Of a stretch of 64,000 bases of DNA, positions 52,423 through 62,400 are shown in pieces. The translations under genes were made by a program, and so were the position numbers. Every line of letters begins with the position of its first letter. Within the stretch, counting starts at the first letter, position 1. A model generated the notes under the pieces. That model was given only the letters and a program-made list of their open reading frames with translations, did not search any database and was not told where the DNA came from. Source of the stretch: Azolla caroliniana (Eukaryota > Plantae > Polypodiophyta); the NCBI GenBank assembly GCA_043228905.1, contig JBHGNT010000145.1, forward strand, positions 1 through 64,000, given 5' to 3'.

Positions 52423-55400
52423 GTCCAGCCAAAATAGGAGCCGTTTGGTTGGACAGCCCTAGATCTGTGCAGCCCATTAGTGGTTCCATTCCCTCTAAGC
52501 AAGTTAGTGATGTGTTCGTAGTCCAAGTAGCAGTTAGTACTAAAAGAACCCCTCCAGTACATACCTTAGCCCTTCTAGATTCCGGAGCTAATTCTTGCTT
52601 CATGGATAGGAATTTTGCCCGAGCTCATCAGATATCTCTCAGAAAGCTCCCATGTCCAGCCTCAGTAGTAGTCATTGATGGTCGTCCCATTGCTTCTGGT
52701 AATATCATAGAAGAGTCGGAACCCGTTAATATTGTCCTAGATAACTTAACATGTGTAGTATCATTTAATATTATTAGTATTCCAGAACATCCCATAGTTT
52801 TAGGATTACCATGGTTCGAGTTACATGACCCAGACATAGATTGGAGGACAAGGGAAATCCGGTTGCGACAAACCCAAGGATCTACCCAGAAGGTTGCAAC
52901 CATTTCGCTACGTCAGTTGCGTGAGGAAGGGCGCAAGGAGGAAATGTTTCTCTTTGCAATATCAGTACAACCCTCCAGCACCACCAAAGAGGAGTCCACC
53001 GTTCAACTTCCCGAGAAGTATCGTCAGTATGCTGATGTGTTCGATAAAGTACAAGCCAACACACTTCCTCATCATCGGCCGTACGACTGCGCCATCGACT
53101 TACAACCGGGAAAAGAGCCGCCATGGGGGCCGATCTACAATTTGTCACCAACCGAGCTAGAAGTCCTTCGAGCCTATATAGAGGAGAATTTGGAGAACGG
53201 TTTCATTCGGCATTCGAAATCTCCAGCCGGCGCACCCATTTTCTTCGTCAAGAAAAAAGATGGCTCGCTTCGACTCGTTGTAGATTACCGTGGCTTGAAT
53301 AAGGTCACAGTAAGAAATAGGTATGCTCTTCCCCTTATCTCAAGTCTTTTAGAACGGATCAACGGTGCCAGGTTCTTCACGAAGATCGACTTACGAGGAG
53401 CCTATAACCTCGTACGGATCCGACCAGGAGATGAATGGAAGACCGCGTTTCGCACCAGATATGGGCACTTCGAGTATACGGTCATGCCGTTCGGACTCAC
53501 TAATGCGCCGGCAGTCTTCCAGCACATGGCGAATGATATATTTCGAGACCTCTTGGATGATTTTTTGATCATCTATTTGGATGATCTACTGGTTTATTCA
53601 AAGACCCAAGAAGAACATGATTCTCATGTACTATTAGTACTAAAACGACTTCGAGAACATGGTCTGTATGCAAAGTTAGAGAAATGTAGTTTCGGGTGCA
53701 ACCAAGTGGAGTTTCTCGGCTATGTCATCTCCTCAGAAGGCATATCTATGGACCCAGCCAAGGTCAAAACGGTGATAGAATGGCACACTCCGCGTTCGGT
53801 GCGGGATGTGCAATGCTTCCTAGGCTTTGCAAATTTCTATCGGAAGTTCATACAAAATTACTCAAAAATTGTGCTGCCTCTCACACAGCTCACCAGGAAG
53901 GGACAATCATTCATTTGGTCTAAAGAGACGGACATGGCTTTCGAGAGTCTTAAGAAGGCGTTTACATCAGCTCCAATTTTAGGTCATGTGGATCCGGAAA
54001 AACCATTCATTATCGAAGCTGATGCATCGGATTTCGCATTGGGGAGCATTCTGTCACAACAGGGTAACGACGAGAAGCTACATCCTGTGGCTTTCCACTC
54101 CCGTAAGTTTGACGCCGCCGAAATCAACTACGAAATTCATGATAAAGAGCTATTAGCAATAGTTGATTCTTTTATGCAATGGAGGCATTTCCTGGAGGGA
54201 TCTCCTCATCAGGTCACTGTATTCAGTGACCACAAGAACCTTGCCTACTTTCAAGATGCTCGTGTACTGAATCGACGTCAAGCTCGGTGGGCCCATTTCC
54301 TCACACGCTTCGACTTCAAAATTACATATCGTCCGGGGAAGCACCAAGGGAAGGCAGATGCATTATCACGGCGCTCGTATCTAACACCACGTCCCGGTGA
54401 GCCAGCTTTCGATAACCAGAAGCAAGTAATCTTGGGTCCAGCACGACTGCAAGCAGCACAGATCTTTGACATGCCCGTGGATTCCGACATTACCAATACT
54501 ATACGTGAGGACTTGAAGACTGACGCTTTCGCCCAAGCTATACTAGCACAAATTGACCCCTCTCGAGCGTCATGTTCACAATCACAATCACCAGGTACGG
54601 ATTATCGGCAATTCAAATACTGTGATGGATTACTCTTCTTTAAAGAACTTTTGTATGTTCCTAATGGTTCTTGCCGCCTTCAAGTAGTACAAAACTGCCA
54701 TGACACATATACAGCAGGACATTTTGGTAGTACTAAAACATTAGATTTAGTACAACGATCATTCTGGTGGCCCCGTATGCGACAATTTGTCGAAGATTTT
54801 GTTCGGACTTGCGATACATGCTGCAGAGCGAAAATGCCAAGACATCATCCATATGGTTTATTAGAACCATTACCAATTCCAAGCAAGCCATGGCAATCCA
54901 TTGCTCTTGACTTCATTACAGATCTTCCAGTCTCTAAGGGATTCAGTGCGATTCTCACAGTGGTGGATCGATATACGAAGATGGCTCATTTCTTACCATG
55001 TACTAAAGAAATATCTAGTGAAGACACCGCCGAAATTGTCATGCGGGAAGTATGTCGGCATCATGGACTCCCTGATAATATCATCAGCGATCGTGGACCC
55101 CAGTTTGTGTCAAAATTCTGGAAGCACCTTTTTAAAATGCTGAAGGTCACTTGTAACCTCTCCTCCGGCTACCACCCACAAACCGACGGTCAAGCCGAAC
55201 GAACAAATCAAACACTGGAGCAGTATCTGCGGTGCTTTCTCAACTATCATCAGAATGACTGGGCAGATATTCTTCCGTTCGCCGAATTTGCCTATAATAA
55301 CGCTATCCACGCATCGACTAAAGTCACGCCATTCTACGCTTATACGGGATATCATCCCCGGTGGTGTGTCCTTGAAACCCCAGAAGTGTCCACAAATCCT

Positions 55401-56006
55401 TGCGCGGAGGATCGTTTGGAGCGGTTACGCAAGATACAAGCGGATTTATCTACTCAACTCCAGCAAGCTCAACAATCACACAAGGACTACGCAGATCGTC
55501 ATCGACTTCCATCCAGTTTTAACATTGGAGATCGGGTGTGGCTGCTACGACGACACATCAAGACTACTCGCCCATGTGAGAAGTTGGATTATCGACGATT
55601 AGGTCCTTTCCGTATTATCGGGAAGATTAATGATGTCGCTTTTCGTCTCGAGCTACCTCCGCAACTTCGGATACACCCGGTGTTTCATAGTTCTCTCCTC
55701 GAACCCTATCACGAGAGCACTATCCCAGGACGTACTATACAACCTCCACCTCCTATCGAGCTCGAAGATGGACCTGAGTATGAGGTCGCTGCCATCCTCG
55801 ATTCCAAGATTGTTCGCAACAAGCTCTACTATCTAGTCGATTGGCTAGGATATAGTCCCAGCGAGCGTACTTGGGAACCGATCGAGAATGTGACCAATGC
55901 TCGTGCTCTTCTAGAAGACTTCCATCGACGATATCCCGAGAAACCGGGTCCTCAATCCAAAACGACTCGTGAAACTCGTCGTTTTAAAGGGGGGATAGTG
56001 TCATAA
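52395..56006 (+). CDS. pol: Pol polyprotein: aspartic protease, reverse transcriptase, RNase H, integrase, chromodomain; expressed as Gag-Pol by -1 frameshift
   Basis: The ORF track gives 52449-56006 from a TTG, but the frame is open from 52395 and overlaps the gag end in the -1 frame. Motifs: ALLDSGA (D at 52578), MPFGLTNAPAVFQ, YLDD (53574-53585), EADASDFALG, NYEIHDKELLAIV, H..GHFG..C..C, DFITDLP, SDRGPQF, QTDGQAERTNQ, GPF and EYEV..ILD..YLVDWLGY..TWEP. Confidence 0.96.
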   Translation, partial: PIRRRVKRLSPAKIGAVWLDSPRSVQPISGSIPSKQVSDVFVVQVAVSTKRTPPVHTLALLDSGANSCFMDRNFARAHQISLRKLPCPASVVVIDGRPIASGNIIEESEPVNIVLDNLTCVVSFNIISIPEHPIVLGLPWFELHDPDIDWRTREIRLRQTQGSTQKVATISLRQLREEGRKEEMFLFAISVQPSSTTKEESTVQLPEKYRQYADVFDKVQANTLPHHRPYDCAIDLQPGKEPPWGPIYNLSPTELEVLRAYIEENLENGFIRHSKSPAGAPIFFVKKKDGSLRLVVDYRGLNKVTVRNRYALPLISSLLERINGARFFTKIDLRGAYNLVRIRPGDEWKTAFRTRYGHFEYTVMPFGLTNAPAVFQHMANDIFRDLLDDFLIIYLDDLLVYSKTQEEHDSHVLLVLKRLREHGLYAKLEKCSFGCNQVEFLGYVISSEGISMDPAKVKTVIEWHTPRSVRDVQCFLGFANFYRKFIQNYSKIVLPLTQLTRKGQSFIWSKETDMAFESLKKAFTSAPILGHVDPEKPFIIEADASDFALGSILSQQGNDEKLHPVAFHSRKFDAAEINYEIHDKELLAIVDSFMQWRHFLEGSPHQVTVFSDHKNLAYFQDARVLNRRQARWAHFLTRFDFKITYRPGKHQGKADALSRRSYLTPRPGEPAFDNQKQVILGPARLQAAQIFDMPVDSDITNTIREDLKTDAFAQAILAQIDPSRASCSQSQSPGTDYRQFKYCDGLLFFKELLYVPNGSCRLQVVQNCHDTYTAGHFGSTKTLDLVQRSFWWPRMRQFVEDFVRTCDTCCRAKMPRHHPYGLLEPLPIPSKPWQSIALDFITDLPVSKGFSAILTVVDRYTKMAHFLPCTKEISSEDTAEIVMREVCRHHGLPDNIISDRGPQFVSKFWKHLFKMLKVTCNLSSGYHPQTDGQAERTNQTLEQYLRCFLNYHQNDWADILPFAEFAYNNAIHASTKVTPFYAYTGYHPRWCVLETPEVSTNPCAEDRLERLRKIQADLSTQLQQAQQSHKDYADRHRLPSSFNIGDRVWLLRRHIKTTRPCEKLDYRRLGPFRIIGKINDVAFRLELPPQLRIHPVFHSSLLEPYHESTIPGRTIQPPPPIELEDGPEYEVAAILDSKIVRNKLYYLVDWLGYSPSERTWEPIENVTNARALLEDFHRRYPEKPGPQSKTTRETRRFKGGIVS
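52410..52461 (+). promoter_or_regulatory. -1 programmed ribosomal frameshift signal: G_UUA_AAC heptamer plus stem-loop/pseudoknot
   Basis: G TTA AAC at 52410-52416 in gag phase, then a 6-nt spacer. An 11-bp stem forms between GTCCAGCCAAA (52423-52433) and TTTGGTTGGAC (52444-52454; one G-U). Loop TAGG(A)GC can pair with GCCCTA (52456-52461). Confidence 0.8.
55776..55925 (+). other. Integrase C-terminal chromodomain (group I-like, aromatic cage residues retained)
   Basis: EYEVAAILDSKIVRNKLYYLVDWLGYSPSERTWEPIENVTNARALLEDFH matches the HP1-type chromodomain pattern (Y..; W.GY; TWEP). Confidence 0.9.
55986..55998 (+). other. Polypurine tract AAAGGGGGGATAG
   Basis: Purine run immediately 5' of the 3' LTR start TG (55999). 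Confidence 0.9.
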
Positions 56007-56288
56007 CTAGACTCGAACCCATAACCTTTTCTTACACGGGTCGAGACTTTACCATTAGGTTATGAGTTGTAATTTGAAGGATATTATTTTCATTTAGGTT
56101 TTATTAGGAAATTGATGTATATTCCAGATTTCTCTGGAACATTCTAGAAACTTCAGGAGTATTCCTGAAGACACTATAAAAGGAGGCGCAAGGCATTAGT
56201 TCGAACCAAATCGGTTCAACGCCAGTCTTAAGCCTTCTAACTACTGTTGTATATCTTCCGTCATATAATACATATATCTTTCGCATCA

Positions 56289-56358
<70 letters not shown>

Positions 56359-56491
56359 ACTCATTCCTTCTCTCAAAGTTCGACACCTCTCATAGTACTA
56401 ATCCTTCTCTGTCTTAGTACTATTCCCCAACAATAGTACTAATCCTTCTTTTAGTACTAATTCCTTCTCTGCCTGAATAGAGTTCCTGACA
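55999..56491 (+). repeat. 3' LTR (493 bp)
   Basis: TGTCATAACTAG...GTTCCTGACA. Carries second copies of the A/B-box module (55999-56069), HSE (56121-56170) and TATA (56175). Confidence 0.97.
56293..56362 (+). repeat. (TC)31(ACTC)2 microsatellite in 3' LTR
   Basis: Read directly; 34 bp longer than the 5' LTR copy, which accounts for the whole LTR length difference. Confidence 0.93.
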
Positions 56492-56496
56492 CTCTC
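56492..56496 (+). other. 3' target-site duplication CTCTC
   Basis: Follows TGACA and continues in satellite phase as AACTCACTCCTCAAATTTG. Confidence 0.95.
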
Positions 56497-59400
56497 AACT
56501 CACTCCTCAAATTTGCTAATTTCGTCATTTCTCTCGACCTGAGTTTCAAAATCTTGATTTTTTAACTCCATATCATAGCTAGCGTTTGAACACAAAAATC
56601 CGATATCACACTCGCCAGGTATGAACATTTTAATTTACTCAAGCCCTCCTCTGAACTCCCTCCTCATGGTTGCTAATTTCGTCGTGTCTCTCGACCTGAG
56701 TTTTATAATCTTGATTTTTTAATTCCATTTCATAGCTAGCGTTGTTAGCTTCGATTCGCATGTTTGAACACAAAAATCCGATATCACACGAGCCAGGTAT
56801 GAACATTTTAATTTACTCAAGGCCTCCTCTAAACTCCCTCCTCATGTTTGCTAATTTCGTCATGTCTCTCGACCTGAGTTTCAAAATCTTGATTTTTTAA
56901 TTCCATATCATAGCTAGCGTGGTTAGCTTCGATTCGCATGATTGAATACAAAAATCCGATATCACACGAGCTAGGTATGAACATTTTAATTTACTCAAGG
57001 CCTCCTGTGAACTCCCTCCTCATGTTTGCTAATTTGGTCATGTCTCTCGACTTGAGTTTCAAAATCTTGATTTTTTTAATTCCATATCATACCTAGCGTT
57101 GTTAGCTTCCATTCACATGTTTGTACACAAAAATCCGATATCACACTCGCTAGGTATGAACATTTTAATGTACTCAAGGGCTCCTCTCAACTCACTCCTC
57201 AAATTTGGTAATTTCGTCATTTCTCTCGACCTGAGTTTCAAAATCTTGAGTTTTTTAACTCCATATCATAGCTAGCGTTGTTAGCTTCGATTCGCATGTT
57301 TGAACACAAAAATCCGATATCACACTCGCCAGGTATGAACATTTTAATTTACTCAAGGCCTCCTCTGAACTCCCTCCTCATGGTTGCTAATTTCGTCGTG
57401 TCTCTCGACCTGAGTTTTATAATGTTGATTTTTTAATCCCATTTCATAGCTAGCGTTGTTAGCTTCGATTCGCATGTTTGAACACAAAAATCCGATATCA
57501 CACTCGCTAGGTATGAACCTTTTAATTTACTCAAGGCCTCCTCTGAACTCCCTCCTCATGTTTGCTAATTTCGTCATGTCTCTCGACCTGAGTTTCAAAA
57601 TCTTGATTTTTTAATTCCATATTATCGATAGCGTTGTTAGATTCGATTCGCATGTTTGAACACAAAAATCCGATATCACACGAGCCAGGTATGAACATTT
57701 TAATTTACTCAAGGCCTCCTTTGAACTCCCTCCTCATGTTTGCTAATTTCGTCATGTCTCTCGACCTGAGTTTCAAAATCTTGATTTTTTAATTCCATAT
57801 CATACCTAACGGTGTTAGCTTCGATTCGCGTGTTTGTACACAAAAATCCGATATCACACTCGCTAGGTATGAACATTTTAATTTACTCAAGGGCTCCTCT
57901 GAACTCCCTCCTCATGTTTGCTAATTTCGTCGTGTCTCTCGACCTGAGTTTCAAAATCTTGATTTTTTAAAAACATATCATAGCTAGCGTTGTTAGCTTC
58001 GATTCGCATGTTAGAACACAAAAATCCGATATCACCCGAGCTAGGTATGAACATTTTAATTTACTCAAGGCCTCTTGTGAACTCCCTCCTCATGGTTGCT
58101 AATTTCGTCGTGTCTCTCGACCTGAGTTTCATAATCTTGATTTTTTAATTCCATTTCATAGCTAGCGTTGTTAGCTTCGATTCGCATGTTTGAACACAAA
58201 AATCCGATATCACACGAGCCAGATATGAACATTTTAATTTACCTACTAGCTCTTCCCAACTCAGTCCTGAAATTTGGTAATTTCGTCATGTCTCTCGACC
58301 TGAGTTTCAAAATCTTGATTTTTTAATTCCATATCATAGCTAGCGTTGCTATCTTCGATTCGCATGTTTGAACACAAAAATCCAATATCACACGAGCTAG
58401 GTATGAACATTTTAATTTACTCAAGGCCTCCTCTGAACTCCCTCCTTATGTTTGCTAATTTCGTCATGTCTCTCGACCTGAGTTTCAAAATCTTGATTTT
58501 TTAATTCCATATTATCGATTGCGTTGTTAGCTTCGATTCGCATGTTTGAACACAAAAATCCGATATCACACTCGCTAGGTATGAACATTTTAATTTACTC
58601 AAGGGCTCCTCTCAACTCACTCCTCAAATTTGCTAATTTCGTCATTTCTCTCGACCTGAGTTTCAAAATCTTGATTTTTTAATTCCATATCATAGCTAGC
58701 GTTGTTAGCTTCGATTCGCATGTTGGAACACAAAAATCCGATATCACACTCGCTAGGTATGAACATTTTAATTTACTCAAGGCCTCCTGTGAACTCCCTC
58801 CTCATGTTTGCTAATGTCGTCATGTCTCTCGACTTGAGTTTCAAAATCTTGATTTTTTAATTTCATATCATAGCTAACGTTGTTAACTTCGATTCGTATG
58901 TTTGTACACAAAAATCCGATATCACACTCGCTAGGTATGAACATTTTAATTTACTCAAGGGCTCCTCTGAACTCCCTCCTCATGTTTGCTAATTTCGTCA
59001 TGTCTCTCGACCTGAGTTACAAAATCTTGATTTTTTAAAAACATATCATAGCTAGCGTTGTTAGCTTCGATTCGCATGTTAGAACACAAAAATCCGATAT
59101 CACCCGAGCTAGGTATGAACATTTTAATTTACTCAAGGCCTCTTGTGAACTCCCTCCTCATGGTTGCTAATTTCGTCGTGTCTCTCGACCTGAGTTTCAT
59201 AATCTTGATTTTTTAATTCCATTTCATAGCTAGCGTTGTTAGCTTCGATTCGCATGTTTGAACACAAAAATCCGATATCACACGAGCCAGATATGAACAT
59301 TTTAATTTACCTACTAGCTCTTCCCAACTCAGTCCTGAAATTTGGTAATTTCGTCATGTCTCTCCACCTGAGTTTCAAAATCTTGATCTTTTAATTCCAT

Positions 59401-62400
59401 ATCATAGCTAGCGTTGCTATCTTCGATTCGCATGTTTGAACACAAAAATCCAATATCACACGAGCTAGGTATGAACATTTTAATTTACTCAAGGCCTCCT
59501 CTGAACTCCCTCCTTATGTTTGCTAATTTCGTCATGTCTCTCGACCTGAGTTTCAAAATCTTGATTTTTTAATTCCATATTATCGATTGCGTTGTTAGCT
59601 TCGATTCGCATGTTTGAACACAAAAATCCGATATCACACTCGCTAGGTATGAACATTTTAATTTACTCAAGGGCTCCTCTCAACTCACTCCTCAAATTTG
59701 CTAATTTCGTCATTTCTCTCGACCTGAGTTTCAAAATCTTGATTTTTTAATTCCATATCATAGCTAGCGTTGTTAGCTTCGATTCGCATGTTGGAACACA
59801 AAAATCCGATATCACACTCGCTAGGTATGAACATTTTAATTTACTCAAGGCCTCCTGTGAACTCCCTCCTCATGTTTGCTAATGTCGTCATGTCTCTCGA
59901 CTTGAGTTTCAAAATCTTGATTTTTTAATTTCATATCATAGCTAACGTTGTTAACTTCGATTCGTATGTTTGTACACAAAAATCCGATATCACACTCGCT
60001 AGGTATGAACATTTTAATTTACTCAAGGGCTCCTCTCAACTCACTCCTCAAATTTGCTAATTTCGTCATTTCTCTCGACCTGAGTTTCAAAATCTTGATT
60101 TTTTAACTCCATATCATAGCTAGCGTTGTTAGCTTCGATTCCCATGTTTGAACACAAAAATCCGATATCACACTCGCTAGGTATGAACATTTTAATTTAC
60201 TCAAGACCTCCTCTGAACTCCCTCCTCATGTTTGCTAATTTCGTCCCTGAGTTTCAAAATCTTGATTTTTTAATTCCATATCATACCTAGCGTTGTTAGC
60301 TTCGATTCGCCTGTTTGAACACAAAAATCCGATATCACACGAGCCAGGTATGAACATTTTAATTTACTCAAGGCCTCCTTTGAACTCCCTCCTCATGTTT
60401 GCTAATTTCGTCATGTCTCTCGACCTGAGTTTCAAAATCTTGATTTTTTAATTCCATATTATCGATAGCGTTGTTAGCTTCGATTCGCATGTTTGAACAC
60501 AAAAATCCGATATCACACACGCTAGGTATGAACATTTTAATTTACTCAAGGGCTCCTCTGAACTCCCTCCTCATGTTTGCTAATTTCGTCATGTCTCTCG
60601 ACCTGAGTTTCAAAATTTTGATTTTTTAACTCCATATCATAGCTAACGTTGTTAGCTTCGATTCGCATGTTTGAATACAAAAATCCGATATCACACTCGC
60701 TAGGTATGAACACTTTAATTTACTCAAGACCTCCTCTCAACTCCCTCCTCATGTTTGCTATTTGCGTCCTTGAGTTTCAAAATCTTGATTTTTTAATTCC
60801 ATATCATAGCTAGGGTTGTTAGCTTCGATTCGCATGTTTGAACACAAAAATCCGATATCACACGAGCTAGGTATGAACATTTTAATTTACTCAAGGCCTC
60901 TTGTGAACTCCCTCCTCATGTTTGCTAATTTGGTCATGTCTCTCGACTTGAGTTTAAAAATCTTGATTTTTTTAATTCCATATCATACCTAGCGTTGTTA
61001 GCTTCAATTCGCATGTTTGTACACAAAAATCCGATATCACACTCGCTAGGTATGAACATTTTAATTTACTCAAGGGCTCCTCTCAACTCACTCCTCAAAT
61101 TTGCTAATTTCGTCATTTCTCTCGACCTGAGTTTCAAAATCTTGATTTTTTAACTCCATATCATAGCTAGCGTTGTTAGCTTCGATTCGCATGTTTGAAC
61201 ACAAAAATCCGATATCACACTCGCCAGGTATGAACATTTTAATTTACTCAAGGCCTCCTCTGAACTCCCTCCTCATGTTTGCTAATGTCGTCATGTCTCT
61301 CGACTTGAGTTTCAAAATCTTGATTTTTTAATTTCATATCATAGCTAACGTTGTTAACTTCGATTCGTATGTTTGTACACAAAAATCCGATATGACACTC
61401 GCTAGGTATGAACATTTTAATTTACTCAAGGGCTCCTCTCAACTCACTCCTCAAATTTGCTAATTTCGTCATTTCTCTCGACCTGAGTTTCAAAATCTTG
61501 ATTTTTTAACTCCATATCATAGCTAGCGTTGTTAGCTTCGATTCCCATGTTTGAACACAAAAATCCGATATCACACTCGCTAGGTATGAACATTTTAATT
61601 TACTCAAGACCTCCTCTGAACTCCCTCCTCATGTTTGCTAATTTCGTCCCTGAGTTTCAAAATCTTGATTTTTTAATTCCATATCATACCTAGCGTTGTT
61701 AGCTTCGATTCGCCTGTTTGAACACAAAAATCCGATATCACACGAGCCAGGTATGAACATTTTAATTTACTCAAGGCCTCCTTTGAACTCCCTCCTCATG
61801 TTTGCTAATTTCGTCATGTCTCTCGACCTGAGTTTCAAAATCTTGATTTTTTAATTCCATATTATCGATAGCGTTGTTAGCTTCGATTCGCATGTTTGAA
61901 CACAAAAATTCGATATCACACACGCTAGGTATGAACATTTTAATTTACTCAAGGGCTCCTCTGAACTCCCTCCTCATGTTTGCTAATTTCGTCATGTCTC
62001 TCGACCTGAGTTTCAAAATTTTGATTTTTTAACTCCATATCATAGCTAACGTTGTTAGCTTCGATTCGCATGTTTGAATACAAAAATCCGATATCACACT
62101 CGCTAGGTATGAACACTTTAATTTACTCAAGACCTCCTCTCAACTCCCTCCTCATGGTTGCTATTTTCGTCGTGTCTCTCGACCTGAGTTTCAAAATCTT
62201 GATTTTTTAATTCCATATCATAGCTAGGGTTGTTAGCTTCGATTCGCATGTTTGAACACAAAAATCCGATATCACACGAGCTAGGTATGAACATTTTAAT
62301 TTACTCAAGGCCTCTTGTGAACTCCCTCCTCATGTTTGCTAATTTGGTCATGTCTCTCGACTTGAGTTTAAAAATCTTGATTTTTTTAATTCCATATCAT

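Larger units (their letters stand above)
50705..56491 (+). mobile_element. Full-length Ty3/Gypsy LTR retrotransposon, chromovirus (Tf1/sushi/Tcn1-like), 5787 bp, apparently intact
   Basis: Two direct LTRs with TGTCA...TGACA termini, a 5-bp TSD, a PPT, and uninterrupted gag and pol with Gypsy domain order PR-RT-RH-IN plus a C-terminal chromodomain. The clade assignment comes from protein motif recognition, not a search. Confidence 0.97.

Noticed and set aside
51263-55836. Short alternative-frame and antisense ORFs within gag/pol
   Set aside because: Shadow ORFs of 60-115 aa overlapping real coding sequence, with no recognisable motifs; no evidence for env or an extra gene.
51253-56006. Domesticated PEG10/RTL1 host gene
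   Set aside because: Paired LTRs, TSD, PPT and complete RT, RH and IN show that it is a mobile element.
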